Part shown: in pieces, positions 1 to 8,256 of the stretch
Layout of the letters: the number at the start of each line of letters is the position of its first letter
How positions within the stretch are numbered: position 1 is the first letter of the stretch
Assembly (NCBI GenBank): GCA_041166285.1
Contig: JBEEFR010000043.1
Location: 1-47,268, forward strand
DNA length: 47,268 nucleotides
Direction: 5' to 3'
Source: Actinomycetota bacterium
Lineage (GTDB): Bacteria; Actinomycetota; Acidimicrobiia; Acidimicrobiales; JACCXE01
The notes under the pieces: model-generated
Told to the model about the DNA's origin: nothing
The model's database searches: none
Seen by the model: only the letters and a program-made list of their open reading frames with translations
Position numbers and translations under genes: made by a program

Positions 1-1
1 A

Positions 2-532
2 CGGCCGGCGTTCGCGTCGCCGTTCACGTGCGGGCAGGTGTGGTTCGCCCGGACCTACGCCGGCCACCCCACGTTCGCCATCGACTGGAACCTGCCGGGA
101 TCGAGCGAGGCCGACTACGGCCAGCCCGTGCTCGCCGGGGTCGCGGGCGTTGCCACCGTCGCGCAGAACTCCGGTTACGGGCTGATGGTGACCATCGACC
201 ACGGCGACGGGTGGTCGACGCTGTACGCCCACCTCTCCGCGGTTTCCGTCGCCACCGGGGCGCGGGTCACGCCAACCACGCTGGTCGGTGCCGTCGGCCA
301 CTCAGGCCACGCCGATTCCAGCCATCTCCACCAGGAGCAACAGTTCAACGGCGTGCGCCAGCCGATCCTCGTCGACGGCCACACCGTCGACGCGACGTTC
401 AGTTCGCGTGGCGCGTCGTACGCCAGCGCGAACTGCCCGGCGCCAAAGCGCGCGCTGGGCTGGTCGGGACGGGCGCGCCGCGCCCTGCGCGAGCGCTTCC
501 GGTCGGCGCCACGCGGCTCCGTCGCCGTCTGA
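2..532 (+). CDS. M23 family metallopeptidase (5' truncated by window edge)
   Basis: Frame is open from nt 2 (RPAFASPFTCGQVWF...). Has H-x5-D (GHPTFAID), GYG..V.IDH, YAHL and HLH zinc motifs typical of M23. Confidence 0.85.
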   Translation, partial: RPAFASPFTCGQVWFARTYAGHPTFAIDWNLPGSSEADYGQPVLAGVAGVATVAQNSGYGLMVTIDHGDGWSTLYAHLSAVSVATGARVTPTTLVGAVGHSGHADSSHLHQEQQFNGVRQPILVDGHTVDATFSSRGASYASANCPAPKRALGWSGRARRALRERFRSAPRGSVAV

Positions 533-560
533 CGCGTCCGCTACCCTGACTGCTCCACTC

Positions 561-643
<83 letters not shown>

Positions 644-647
<4 letters not shown>

Positions 648-659
648 ACCAACCAACCA
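644..659 (+). repeat. (ACCA)x4 tandem repeat at the tRNA 3' end
   Basis: Read directly: ACCA at 644, 648, 652 and 656. Confidence 0.9.
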
Positions 660-669
660 ACTCACTGAG

Positions 670-857
670 ACTGACTGTGGGCTACCCCCGGCGAGGTAGC
701 AACGCAGCACACTTCGGGTGGCGCATCACCGGCCGAGCGGCGCGCGACGTCGTTGACTGTTAGCCGGGCGGAGCCTCTCGAAAACGAGACGCGGCGATGC
801 CGCCCATGATGGGGCTCGTCGCGATGAGACGGATTGGCCGTGCCGCCACGAGCTAGT
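670..857 (+). ncRNA. Candidate structured ncRNA of unknown family
   Basis: Intergenic, with no credible ORF. Hand-folding gives a closing helix 670-680/846-857, several internal helices, a C(UUCG)G tetraloop and a 7-bp pseudoknot (see findings). Confidence 0.6.
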
Positions 858-889
858 GCCACCGGCAAAGCTCCGCGCGGGAACTTCGT

Positions 890-1372
890 CTAGAGCGACG
901 CGATCAACCCTTCGAGAACCACGGCGCTGGCCTCCTCCAGGTCAGCACATGCGAGATAGGCGTTCGCCGCGTCGCCGTCTGCCTGACGGGCGAGGGACTT
1001 CCACGTGGCGATGCCCAGGCGTTCGCCGCGGGCTTGGATGGTGAACTGGTCGACGAGGGGGCGGCCGCCGAACAGCGCGTCTCCGAAGGCATCGATGTCC
1101 GGCAAGGTGTCGACGAGCTCGGCTTGCACCGCGGCCGCGTCGGGAAACAGCGCTTCGACCTTCGCGCCGATCTCGTTCTCGCGAGCGGCACATGCGAGCA
1201 GCGCCGTGCGTGCGGCCGCGTTGTCGACCTCCGCAGCCCAACGTTCGTACCGCCGCGCCGCGCTCCGCTCTAACAGCGCGACGAACAGCGGAACGTGCTC
1301 GGGCGCGACTTGCGCCAGAATGGGGGCGACGGCGGTGCCGATGTCGGGCAGGTCCGGTTCGGTCGACGTCAT
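890..1372 (-). CDS. Hypothetical protein, ferritin-like four-helix pattern
   Basis: Start placed at MTSTEP (1372). Duplicated helical motif LERSAARRY...CAARE / GERLGIATW...CADLEE resembles the ferritin-like superfamily but lacks His ligands. Confidence 0.65.
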   Translation of the reverse strand: MTSTEPDLPDIGTAVAPILAQVAPEHVPLFVALLERSAARRYERWAAEVDNAAARTALLACAARENEIGAKVEALFPDAAAVQAELVDTLPDIDAFGDALFGGRPLVDQFTIQARGERLGIATWKSLARQADGDAANAYLACADLEEASAVVLEGLIASL

Positions 1373-1428
1373 GCCGACGAGCATCGCGCATCGCCGGCGC
1401 GCGTCGTCGTCGATCCGCGGCGTGACGC

Positions 1429-1518
1429 GCGCGTTCACTTCGGAGCACTGAAACGCGCGGTCGGTCGAGTCGGAACGGCGCCGGTGGCGCGCGGTTGAGT
1501 GCTTCAAAGTCGACGCGC
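1429..1518. repeat. Imperfect 31-bp inverted repeat (REP/MITE-like)
   Basis: 1429-1459 matches the reverse complement of 1488-1518 at 25/31 positions, with a 28-bp spacer; intergenic. Confidence 0.7.
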
Positions 1519-1533
1519 CGGTCGGAGGAAGCG

Positions 1534-1986
1534 TTAGTCGGCGCCGGGGCCGGGGACGGCGCGCACGGCGCGGGCGTCGAGTGCTTCGCCGCAGTGGTCG
1601 CACGTCGGCACGACGGTCGTCGCGTGACCGCACGCCTTGTGCTCGAGCAGCATCGGTTCGTTGCCCTCGCCGAGAATCCACTCGTCGCCCCATTGCCGCA
1701 GCGCCGATATCACCGGCCACAGGGCGCGGCCCTTGTCGGTGAGCACGTAGTCGAAGCGGCCGCGGCCCTCGTCGTAGGGATGGCGCTCAAGCACGCCGGC
1801 GTCGACGAGCGTGTCGAGGCGATTCGTCAGGACGTTGCGGGCGATGCCGAGGCGCTCGACGAAGTCGTCGAAGCGTCGGATGCCGAGGAAGCAGTCGCGC
1901 AGGATGAGCAGCGTCCACCACTCGCCGATGATCTCGAGTGACTGCGCGATGGAGCAGTTCATGTCGGCGAACGACGCTTTGCGCAT
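1534..1986 (-). CDS. HxlR-family winged-helix transcriptional regulator
   Basis: MNCSIAQSLEIIGEWWTLLILRD, RRFDDF, L..RL..LV, Y.LT.KG and C-terminal H..CG...C..CG. Start MRKASF lies 6 nt after -10 TACCAT. Confidence 0.92.
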   Translation of the reverse strand: MRKASFADMNCSIAQSLEIIGEWWTLLILRDCFLGIRRFDDFVERLGIARNVLTNRLDTLVDAGVLERHPYDEGRGRFDYVLTDKGRALWPVISALRQWGDEWILGEGNEPMLLEHKACGHATTVVPTCDHCGEALDARAVRAVPGPGAD

Positions 1987-2000
1987 GGGTCGATGGTAGC

Positions 2001-2051
2001 TGAGTTGCGTGACGCAACTCAAGGTGTCATCCTAAGTTGCATGACACAACT
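2001..2051. promoter_or_regulatory. Two palindromic operator sites, probably for the adjacent HxlR
   Basis: Perfect TGAGTTGCGT-G-ACGCAACTCA (2001-2021). Second copy AGTTGCATGACACAACT (2035-2051, 15/17 identical, 32 bp downstream) covers the thioesterase ATG. Confidence 0.8.
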
Positions 2052-2850
2052 GAGCGCCGCCCTCACCGACTTCGACCGCACCACCACGCTCGTCGCCGAC
2101 GTCGATCGACCGGGTGAGTTCGCCGTCCACCTCGACGACGGCTGGTCGTCGCTGGTCGGTATTCACGGCGGTTACATGAGTGCGTTGACGGTCCGCGGTG
2201 CCGAGGCGGTTGCGGGAGCGGACCGCACGGCGCGCACGGTGACGACGAGCTTCCTGCGTACCGGTCGACCCGGTCCGGCGACGGTGGTCGTCAACGTCGT
2301 TCGCAGCGGTCGCTCACTCACGACCGCCACCGCCGACCTCGTGCAGGACGACAAGATCGTCGTGACCAGTCGCGTCACGCTGCTCGCCGAACGCCGCGGT
2401 GTGGAATGGCTCGACGCAACACCCGTCGACGTGTTGCCGCTTGAGGACTGCATCCGCATCGACAGCGAGGTCGGCCACTTCGACCAGGCCGACGGCCGCA
2501 TCGACCCGCGCTCGGTGCCGTTCACCGACGGACCGCGGGCGCGGATCAGCGGCTACATCCGTCCGCTCGAAACGCGCGCCATCGACCCGACCTGGTTGGC
2601 GATGGCGAGCGACTGGTTCCCACCGCCCGCATTCGTGCGACTCGCTCCCCCGACGGGCGGCGTCAGCATCGACCTCACCACCCACTTCCATCGTGCGGGG
2701 CTGTGGTTGGACGACGACGAGTGGCTCGTCGCCGAGTTCGCTATCGAGAACAGCACCGGTGGACTCGCCGTCGAACACGGACGCATCGCGCAACCCGACG
2801 GTACCGTGGTCGCCGAGTCGTTCCAGACCCGCCTGACCTCGCAGGACTGA
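2041..2850 (+). CDS. Double hot-dog acyl-CoA thioesterase (TesB-like)
   Basis: W....GIHGGY, R.GRS, SDWFPP, SIDLT.HF, G..VA.S.Q motifs. ATG 2041 chosen as start. Confidence 0.85.
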   Translation: MTQLSAALTDFDRTTTLVADVDRPGEFAVHLDDGWSSLVGIHGGYMSALTVRGAEAVAGADRTARTVTTSFLRTGRPGPATVVVNVVRSGRSLTTATADLVQDDKIVVTSRVTLLAERRGVEWLDATPVDVLPLEDCIRIDSEVGHFDQADGRIDPRSVPFTDGPRARISGYIRPLETRAIDPTWLAMASDWFPPPAFVRLAPPTGGVSIDLTTHFHRAGLWLDDDEWLVAEFAIENSTGGLAVEHGRIAQPDGTVVAESFQTRLTSQD

Positions 2851-2854
2851 CGCC

Positions 2855-4249
2855 GTGTTCCCACACTCACGCCGCACGCTCGCCATCGCGTCGCTGGCAA
2901 CGCTGGCCACCTTCCTCGATACGACGGTGTTGTACGTCGCGTTCCCCGACATCTCCGCGTCGTTCTCGCACGCCAGCGCGGCGGAGTTGTCGTGGGTGCT
3001 GAACGCGTACACGATCGTGTTCGCCGCGCTGCTGATTCCCGCCGGCAAACTCGCCGACCGCGTCGGACACCGCCGCGTGTTCCTCATCGGGTCGGCGCTG
3101 TTCACCGGCGCGTCGATGGCGTGCGGTCTGGCGCCGAGCGTCGAACTGCTGATCGTGTTCCGCGTCCTGCAGGCCGCGGGTGCAGCCGCGCTGATCCCGT
3201 CGTCGCTGGCATTGGTGATGCACGCGTTCGCGCACGACCAGTTGCCGCGCGCCGTCGCCATTTGGGGCGCCGCCGGAGCGGCCGCGGGTGCGCTCGGCCC
3301 GACGCTCGGTGCCGCCCTCGTGCAGAGCTTCGGGTGGCGCTCCGCGTTCTTCCTGAATCTGCCCGTCGGCATTTACACGATCGTCGCCGGAGTCCGCCAC
3401 GTACGCGAATCGTCGTCACCGGACACGCAAGTGCCGTCGTTCGTCGGCGTCGGGCTCATCGCGGCGGCGGCCTCACTGCTGTCCTACGGGCTCATCATCA
3501 CTGCGGACCACGGATGGCTCGGCGGCCGGACGGTGGCGTTCATCGCCGCCGGCGTTGTGACGCTGGCGCTGTTCGTGCTGCATCAGTCGCGCACGTCGGC
3601 GCCGGCCCTCGACCTCGAGTTGTTCCGGGCGCGCAACTTCTCGTGGGGCAACCTGACGATGCTGGTCTTCGGTACCGCGTTCTCCGCGATGTTCTTCAGT
3701 TCGATCCTGTTCCTCACCCACGTGTGGCACTGGTCGGTGTTGCGCGCTGGACTCGGCGTGGCACCCGGACCCGCGCTCGTCGCGCTGCTCGCGCCGCGCA
3801 TGGGCAAGCTCGCCGGGCGCATCGGGCAGCGACCGATTCTCTTCGTCGGAGGGCTGCTCTACGCGGCCGCCGGTGTGTTCCGCCTCACCATGCTCGGACC
3901 GCACGCGCACTACTTCAGCGACTACCTGCCGTCGATGGCCTTCAGCGGCGTCGGTGTGGCGTGCGTGTTCCCGCAACTGTCGAGCCTCGTCGCACAGGCT
4001 TTGCCACCGGGACGCACCGGCGTCGGCGGCGCCGCGCTGCAAGCGGTGCGCCAGTTCGGGGGCACATTCGGCGTGGCGCTCACCATTGCGTTGCTCGGGC
4101 ACAGCGGCTCACTCGATCGCTTCGACCGCATCTGGTGGATGATCGTGATCGGCGGCGTCGGGACGTCGTTGTTGGTGCTTCCGACCCGTCCGGCGAAGCA
4201 GGTCGAGTTGCCCCTCGCAGCCGCTCAACCAGTCACAGCGGCGTCGTAA
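2855..4249 (+). CDS. MFS drug:H+ antiporter (DHA2 type)
   Basis: FLDTTVLYVAFP, WVLNAY, GKLADRVGHRR and GPTLG motifs; multiple hydrophobic helices. Confidence 0.9.
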   Translation: MFPHSRRTLAIASLATLATFLDTTVLYVAFPDISASFSHASAAELSWVLNAYTIVFAALLIPAGKLADRVGHRRVFLIGSALFTGASMACGLAPSVELLIVFRVLQAAGAAALIPSSLALVMHAFAHDQLPRAVAIWGAAGAAAGALGPTLGAALVQSFGWRSAFFLNLPVGIYTIVAGVRHVRESSSPDTQVPSFVGVGLIAAAASLLSYGLIITADHGWLGGRTVAFIAAGVVTLALFVLHQSRTSAPALDLELFRARNFSWGNLTMLVFGTAFSAMFFSSILFLTHVWHWSVLRAGLGVAPGPALVALLAPRMGKLAGRIGQRPILFVGGLLYAAAGVFRLTMLGPHAHYFSDYLPSMAFSGVGVACVFPQLSSLVAQALPPGRTGVGGAALQAVRQFGGTFGVALTIALLGHSGSLDRFDRIWWMIVIGGVGTSLLVLPTRPAKQVELPLAAAQPVTAAS

Positions 4250-4277
4250 CGACACCGAACTCATTTCACCGACTCTG

Positions 4278-5135
4278 TCAGGACCGGGCGTAGGCGACGC
4301 CGCGTCGCTGAAGGATCGCTTCGAGCACTGACGGCCGATCCGTCATGACCCCGTCGACGCCGAGGTCGACGAGTCGTTCCATCTCGTCGGGCTCGTCGAT
4401 CGTCCACACGTGCACGGCGAGTCCGTGTTCGTGTGCGCGCCCGACGAACCGCGCGTCGACGACTGTGGTCTCACCGAGCGCCGCCGGCACTTGCAGCGCG
4501 TGATGGCGCGTTTCGGGCAGTGGCTTGTCGTCCTGCACCGCCTGCCAGATCGCGGCGGTCATGACGGTGCCGCACGACGTGCTGATCTCCGGAGCCAGCG
4601 CGCCGAATGCGTCGGTGGCGCGATCGTCGAACGACGCCACGATCACGTCGTCGGCGCGGCCGAACTCACGTAACAACTCGGCGACGAGGTGCTCGTACGG
4701 CGCGACCGCGGGCGCGGTCTGCTTGATGTCGAGATTCAAGAACACGTCCGGACATTCGATGAGGACGTCGCGCAATGACGCGATGCCAAACGCCGCGTCC
4801 TCCGGCGCTTTGCCTCGGTGGACGTACTCATCGGCGGCGCGATCCGTCGCGACGACCTCACCCGGAACCCACCAGTAGGCGTTGTCGAGTTGACGCAACT
4901 CGCCATAAGTCATGTCGGCGATTGCGCCCGTCGATGCGGTCGTGCGGTCGACGGTCGCGTCGTGGCACACCACGACGACACCATCCGCGGTTGCGTGTAC
5001 GTCGAGTTCCAACGCGTCCGCGCCCTCGGCCACTGCTTGACGCAGCGCGAACAACGTGCTGGACGGGGCTTCCCGCGCGCCACCTTGATGCGCGTAGTTC
5101 AGGATCCGCCGGTCGAGCCACGGGTTGGCACCCAC
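4278..5135 (-). CDS. Glycerophosphodiester phosphodiesterase
   Basis: AHQGG, ELDVH.T.DG, HD.TVDRTT, NLDIK, VHVWTID and GVDGVMTDRP motifs. Confidence 0.93.
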   Translation of the reverse strand: MGANPWLDRRILNYAHQGGAREAPSSTLFALRQAVAEGADALELDVHATADGVVVVCHDATVDRTTASTGAIADMTYGELRQLDNAYWWVPGEVVATDRAADEYVHRGKAPEDAAFGIASLRDVLIECPDVFLNLDIKQTAPAVAPYEHLVAELLREFGRADDVIVASFDDRATDAFGALAPEISTSCGTVMTAAIWQAVQDDKPLPETRHHALQVPAALGETTVVDARFVGRAHEHGLAVHVWTIDEPDEMERLVDLGVDGVMTDRPSVLEAILQRRGVAYARS

Positions 5136-5150
5136 GCACCGAGCGTATGC

Positions 5151-5987
5151 CTACGCCACCGCGGCTTCCGGCTCGAGCGCAGCCATCGCCGCGACTTCGT
5201 CGGCCAGCGCCGAACGCTCGCGCACGCTCCCAAGCCAGGCATAGCCCGCGCCGATCACGACGCCACCGCCAACGATGTTGCCGGGCACGGTCCACGCGAG
5301 ATTGCGCAACAGCATCGACCACGTCGCCGAGTGCTCGAAGATGCCGAGGCTAAACAGCGTCATGTTCGCGATTGAGTGCTCGAAGCCCGATCCGATGAAC
5401 GCCAGCAGGGCCCACCACAGCACGACGAGCTTGGCGCCGTCGGACTTCGTGCGCGCCGCCATCCACAGCGCCAGGCACACGAGCATGTTGCACAGCAGTG
5501 CCCGCCAGAACAGCTGCGGCCCCGCGGCCGCGTCCTTCGCCTTGGTCGCCGCAGCGACAAGCGCCGCGCCGGGGCCGCCCGACAACGTCCCCCCGCCGTG
5601 CACGACCGCGGCGAGTCCGACGGAGCCGACGAAGTTTCCGACAAGCGAAGCCACCCATACCGCGACCAACTCGCTGATGCGCGTGCGGCGCGCCACGACG
5701 CCCTGCAGCATCACCATGGCGTTGCCGGTGAATAACTCCGCGCCGGCGAATACGACGAGCGTGAGCGCGATGCCGAACACCGCCGCTTGCACGAGCTTCG
5801 CGGCCGGTGAATTGGTGGCGACCAACGGTGCGGACACGCTGATCAACAGCACGACCGCGATGCCGACGAAGGCGCCCGCGAGCGCAGACAGCCACACGTA
5901 GCGCAGGAAGCTCGACTTCACTTGCTGCGCTTTGGTTGCGGCTTGCACGACGAGGTCGTCGCTGGCTTCGGCGATGGATACGGGCAC
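5151..5987 (-). CDS. Formate/nitrite transporter family channel (NirC-like)
   Basis: AGAFVG, GAELFTGN, CNMLVCLA, GFEHSIANM and GNIVGG signatures. Confidence 0.93.
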   Translation of the reverse strand: MPVSIAEASDDLVVQAATKAQQVKSSFLRYVWLSALAGAFVGIAVVLLISVSAPLVATNSPAAKLVQAAVFGIALTLVVFAGAELFTGNAMVMLQGVVARRTRISELVAVWVASLVGNFVGSVGLAAVVHGGGTLSGGPGAALVAAATKAKDAAAGPQLFWRALLCNMLVCLALWMAARTKSDGAKLVVLWWALLAFIGSGFEHSIANMTLFSLGIFEHSATWSMLLRNLAWTVPGNIVGGGVVIGAGYAWLGSVRERSALADEVAAMAALEPEAAVA

Positions 5988-5996
5988 GGTGTCTCC

Positions 5997-7631
5997 TTAG
6001 GTGTTGACGAGTTCGGTCTCGGGTTCGACGCCGGTGGCGAACCGGTCGTCCATCGCGGCTTCGAGCAGCTGGCCGACGGCGGGGATGCCGATGCGCCTGA
6101 CGGTCTGCGCGAGCGATTCGCCCGGATGACGCAACGCCTCCCACAGCCCGACCACCGCGGTCACCGCCGCCGGAACGTCGCTCTCGGCGACGCGCCCAAC
6201 GGCCTCACCGGCGACGCCGTTGACGATGTCGGCGCCGAGGAAAAGGTGGTAGCCGTCGTCAGTGGCGCCGCGCACGCGCACTTTCGCTCCTGCGAGCCCG
6301 ATGTCGGCGGCCTGATGCTGCGCGCACGAGTTGGGGCAGCCCGACACGTGGACGCGCAGGCTGGCGTTGCGCCCGAGCGCGAGCGACGTCGCGAGCTCGC
6401 GGCCGGCGCCGGGAGCGTCAGTGATCCCGAGCGCGCAGACCGCCGAGCCCGTGCACGCGCGCACGCGGGGGACGCGCGCTTCGTGTGCGAAGAACAAACC
6501 GCGGTCCAACAGCGCGGCGCGCACGGCGCTGACGTGCTCGACCGGCACGTTGCGCAGCACGATGTCCTGGTCGCGACTCAACACGACGTGGCCGTCACCG
6601 TAGCGGTCGGCAAGATCGGCGATGAGGTCGAGCTCCGAGGCGTTCGTGTCGCCCAGCGGCACGTCGATCGTCAGCAGCGCCAAGCCAGGCGTGCGCTGCG
6701 GACGAACGCCTTGCGACCAGCCGCCGGGCGGGCGGCGGGCGAGGATGGCGGCGTGGTCGGCGTCGTCGAGGACCTCGACGACGGGCGGGTCCGGGTGCGG
6801 CCGTTGCTCCGCCGCCGCGAACGCCGATTGCCACTCGGCGCGGAACCCGTCCTCGCCCAGCGCTGCCACCGCGAACTTGAGCCGTGCCTTGGACGGGTTG
6901 TCGAAATCACCGTGGGCGATGAACACGTCGAAGATCGCTTCCGCCGCCCGGAGGGTGTCGGGCCGCGGTACGAACTCGGCGACGCGGATTGCGAGCGACG
7001 GCGACTTGCCGAGGCTGCCGCCGGCCCAGAGCTCGTAGCCGGGTTCCCCATCGCGCAGGACGGACACGAACGACGCGTCGTTCATGCGCGCGTGCTCGCG
7101 GCACCACGGCGAACCGCCAAAGCTGATGTTGACGCGGCTCGGGAGCGCGACGTTCAGCTCCGCCGAGCGCGCCACGAACGCGTCGCTGACGAGACGGGCG
7201 TCGGGCAAGCAGTCGAACGGTTCGTCGAGCCCCACCCCGGCGTCTTCCGAACAGATCACGTTGCGCATCGTGTGCCCGCACGCCGAGCGCGTCGTCATGC
7301 CGATCTGCGCCAGGTGCTCGAGCAGCGACGGGACGTCGCGGTCTCGCACCCAGTGCAACTCGAGGTTCTGGCGCGTGGTGATGTGCAGCCAGTCGGGGCC
7401 GAAACGGCGCGCCAGGCGGGCCACGCCGCGCGCCTGCTCCGTCGGCAGGACGCCGCCGGCGATGCGGATCCGCACCATGAACACGTGTTCCTGCTGCTGC
7501 GCGCACACGCCGTAGGTCTTGAGGGCGTAGCGCTGCGCAGGAGTCAACCAGTCGTCACCGTCGACGGCGAGGCGGTCGATGTCGACCGCGAGTCCGGCCC
7601 GTTTGGCGGCGGGAACGTCGGGCGCTGCCAT
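5997..7631 (-). CDS. Ferredoxin-dependent nitrite/sulfite reductase (siroheme, 4Fe-4S)
   Basis: FMVRIR..GG, HITTRQN, KARLKF, CTGSAVC and SGCPNSCAQH siroheme/Fe-S ligands. Linkage to the FNT channel favours nitrite (inference). Confidence 0.9.
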   Translation of the reverse strand: MAAPDVPAAKRAGLAVDIDRLAVDGDDWLTPAQRYALKTYGVCAQQQEHVFMVRIRIAGGVLPTEQARGVARLARRFGPDWLHITTRQNLELHWVRDRDVPSLLEHLAQIGMTTRSACGHTMRNVICSEDAGVGLDEPFDCLPDARLVSDAFVARSAELNVALPSRVNISFGGSPWCREHARMNDASFVSVLRDGEPGYELWAGGSLGKSPSLAIRVAEFVPRPDTLRAAEAIFDVFIAHGDFDNPSKARLKFAVAALGEDGFRAEWQSAFAAAEQRPHPDPPVVEVLDDADHAAILARRPPGGWSQGVRPQRTPGLALLTIDVPLGDTNASELDLIADLADRYGDGHVVLSRDQDIVLRNVPVEHVSAVRAALLDRGLFFAHEARVPRVRACTGSAVCALGITDAPGAGRELATSLALGRNASLRVHVSGCPNSCAQHQAADIGLAGAKVRVRGATDDGYHLFLGADIVNGVAGEAVGRVAESDVPAAVTAVVGLWEALRHPGESLAQTVRRIGIPAVGQLLEAAMDDRFATGVEPETELVNT

Positions 7632-7730
7632 GGGCGGACATCGTCACGGGTCGATGTTGCACTGCGGTTCGCTCAGCATTGCGGTCCGATGGCAACAATC
7701 TTGCGGTGAACATTTGCCAACCTGTCGTCA

Positions 7731-8256
7731 ACATGACGATCACTCCACCTCGTTAACAAGGACACCTGAGGCAATGGCGAACGACACCGTTACCTTCACG
7801 ACTTCCGTCGACGGGTTGTCGGACGATGCCTTCGAGGGCTTCTTCGAAGGTTGGCCCAACCCACCGAGCGCGCCCCAACTGCGCGCCATCCTGCAGCGCA
7901 GCTACGCGGCGGTGATCGCCGTCGACGGGTCGTCGCGCGCCGTCGGCTTCGTCAACGCGATCTCAGACGGTGAGTTATTTGCCTTCATCCCACTCCTCGA
8001 AGTGTTGCCCGAGTACCGGCACCGCGCCATCGGTAGCGAGTTGGTCACGCGCATCGTTGCGTTGCTCGACGGGATGTACGCCATCGACTTGTCGTGTGAC
8101 GCCGACCTCGTCGCGTTCTACGAGAAGCTCGGTTTCGGTCAGTCCGGCGCGGCGATGATGATCCGGAATTACACGAACCAGTCGGGACTGAGTCGGAAAC
8201 AACCAGTCAAGAAGTGATACACACCGAGCCGACATGACGATCACTCCACCTCGTTA
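7731..8256 (+). repeat. Exact 25-bp direct repeat ACATGACGATCACTCCACCTCGTTA (7731-7755 and 8232-8256) flanking the GNAT gene
   Basis: Base-by-base identity. Copy 2 contains the start of the hydrolase at 8234; copy 1 reads MTITPPR-stop. Confidence 0.92.
7774..8217 (+). CDS. GNAT family N-acetyltransferase
   Basis: VGFVNAISDG, LEVLPEYRHRAIGSELV acetyl-CoA motif, FYEKLGF. GAGG lies just before ATG 7774. Confidence 0.9.
   Translation: MANDTVTFTTSVDGLSDDAFEGFFEGWPNPPSAPQLRAILQRSYAAVIAVDGSSRAVGFVNAISDGELFAFIPLLEVLPEYRHRAIGSELVTRIVALLDGMYAIDLSCDADLVAFYEKLGFGQSGAAMMIRNYTNQSGLSRKQPVKK

Noticed and set aside
662-868. 68-aa minus-strand ORF, or identification of the region as RNase P RNA, tmRNA, SRP RNA, T-box or a riboswitch
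   Set aside because: The ORF has no protein-like features. Hallmark sequences (GAGGAAAGUCC, tag reading frame with tRNA-like ends, SRP loop, complete T-box) are absent, and no gene lies downstream in the sense direction.
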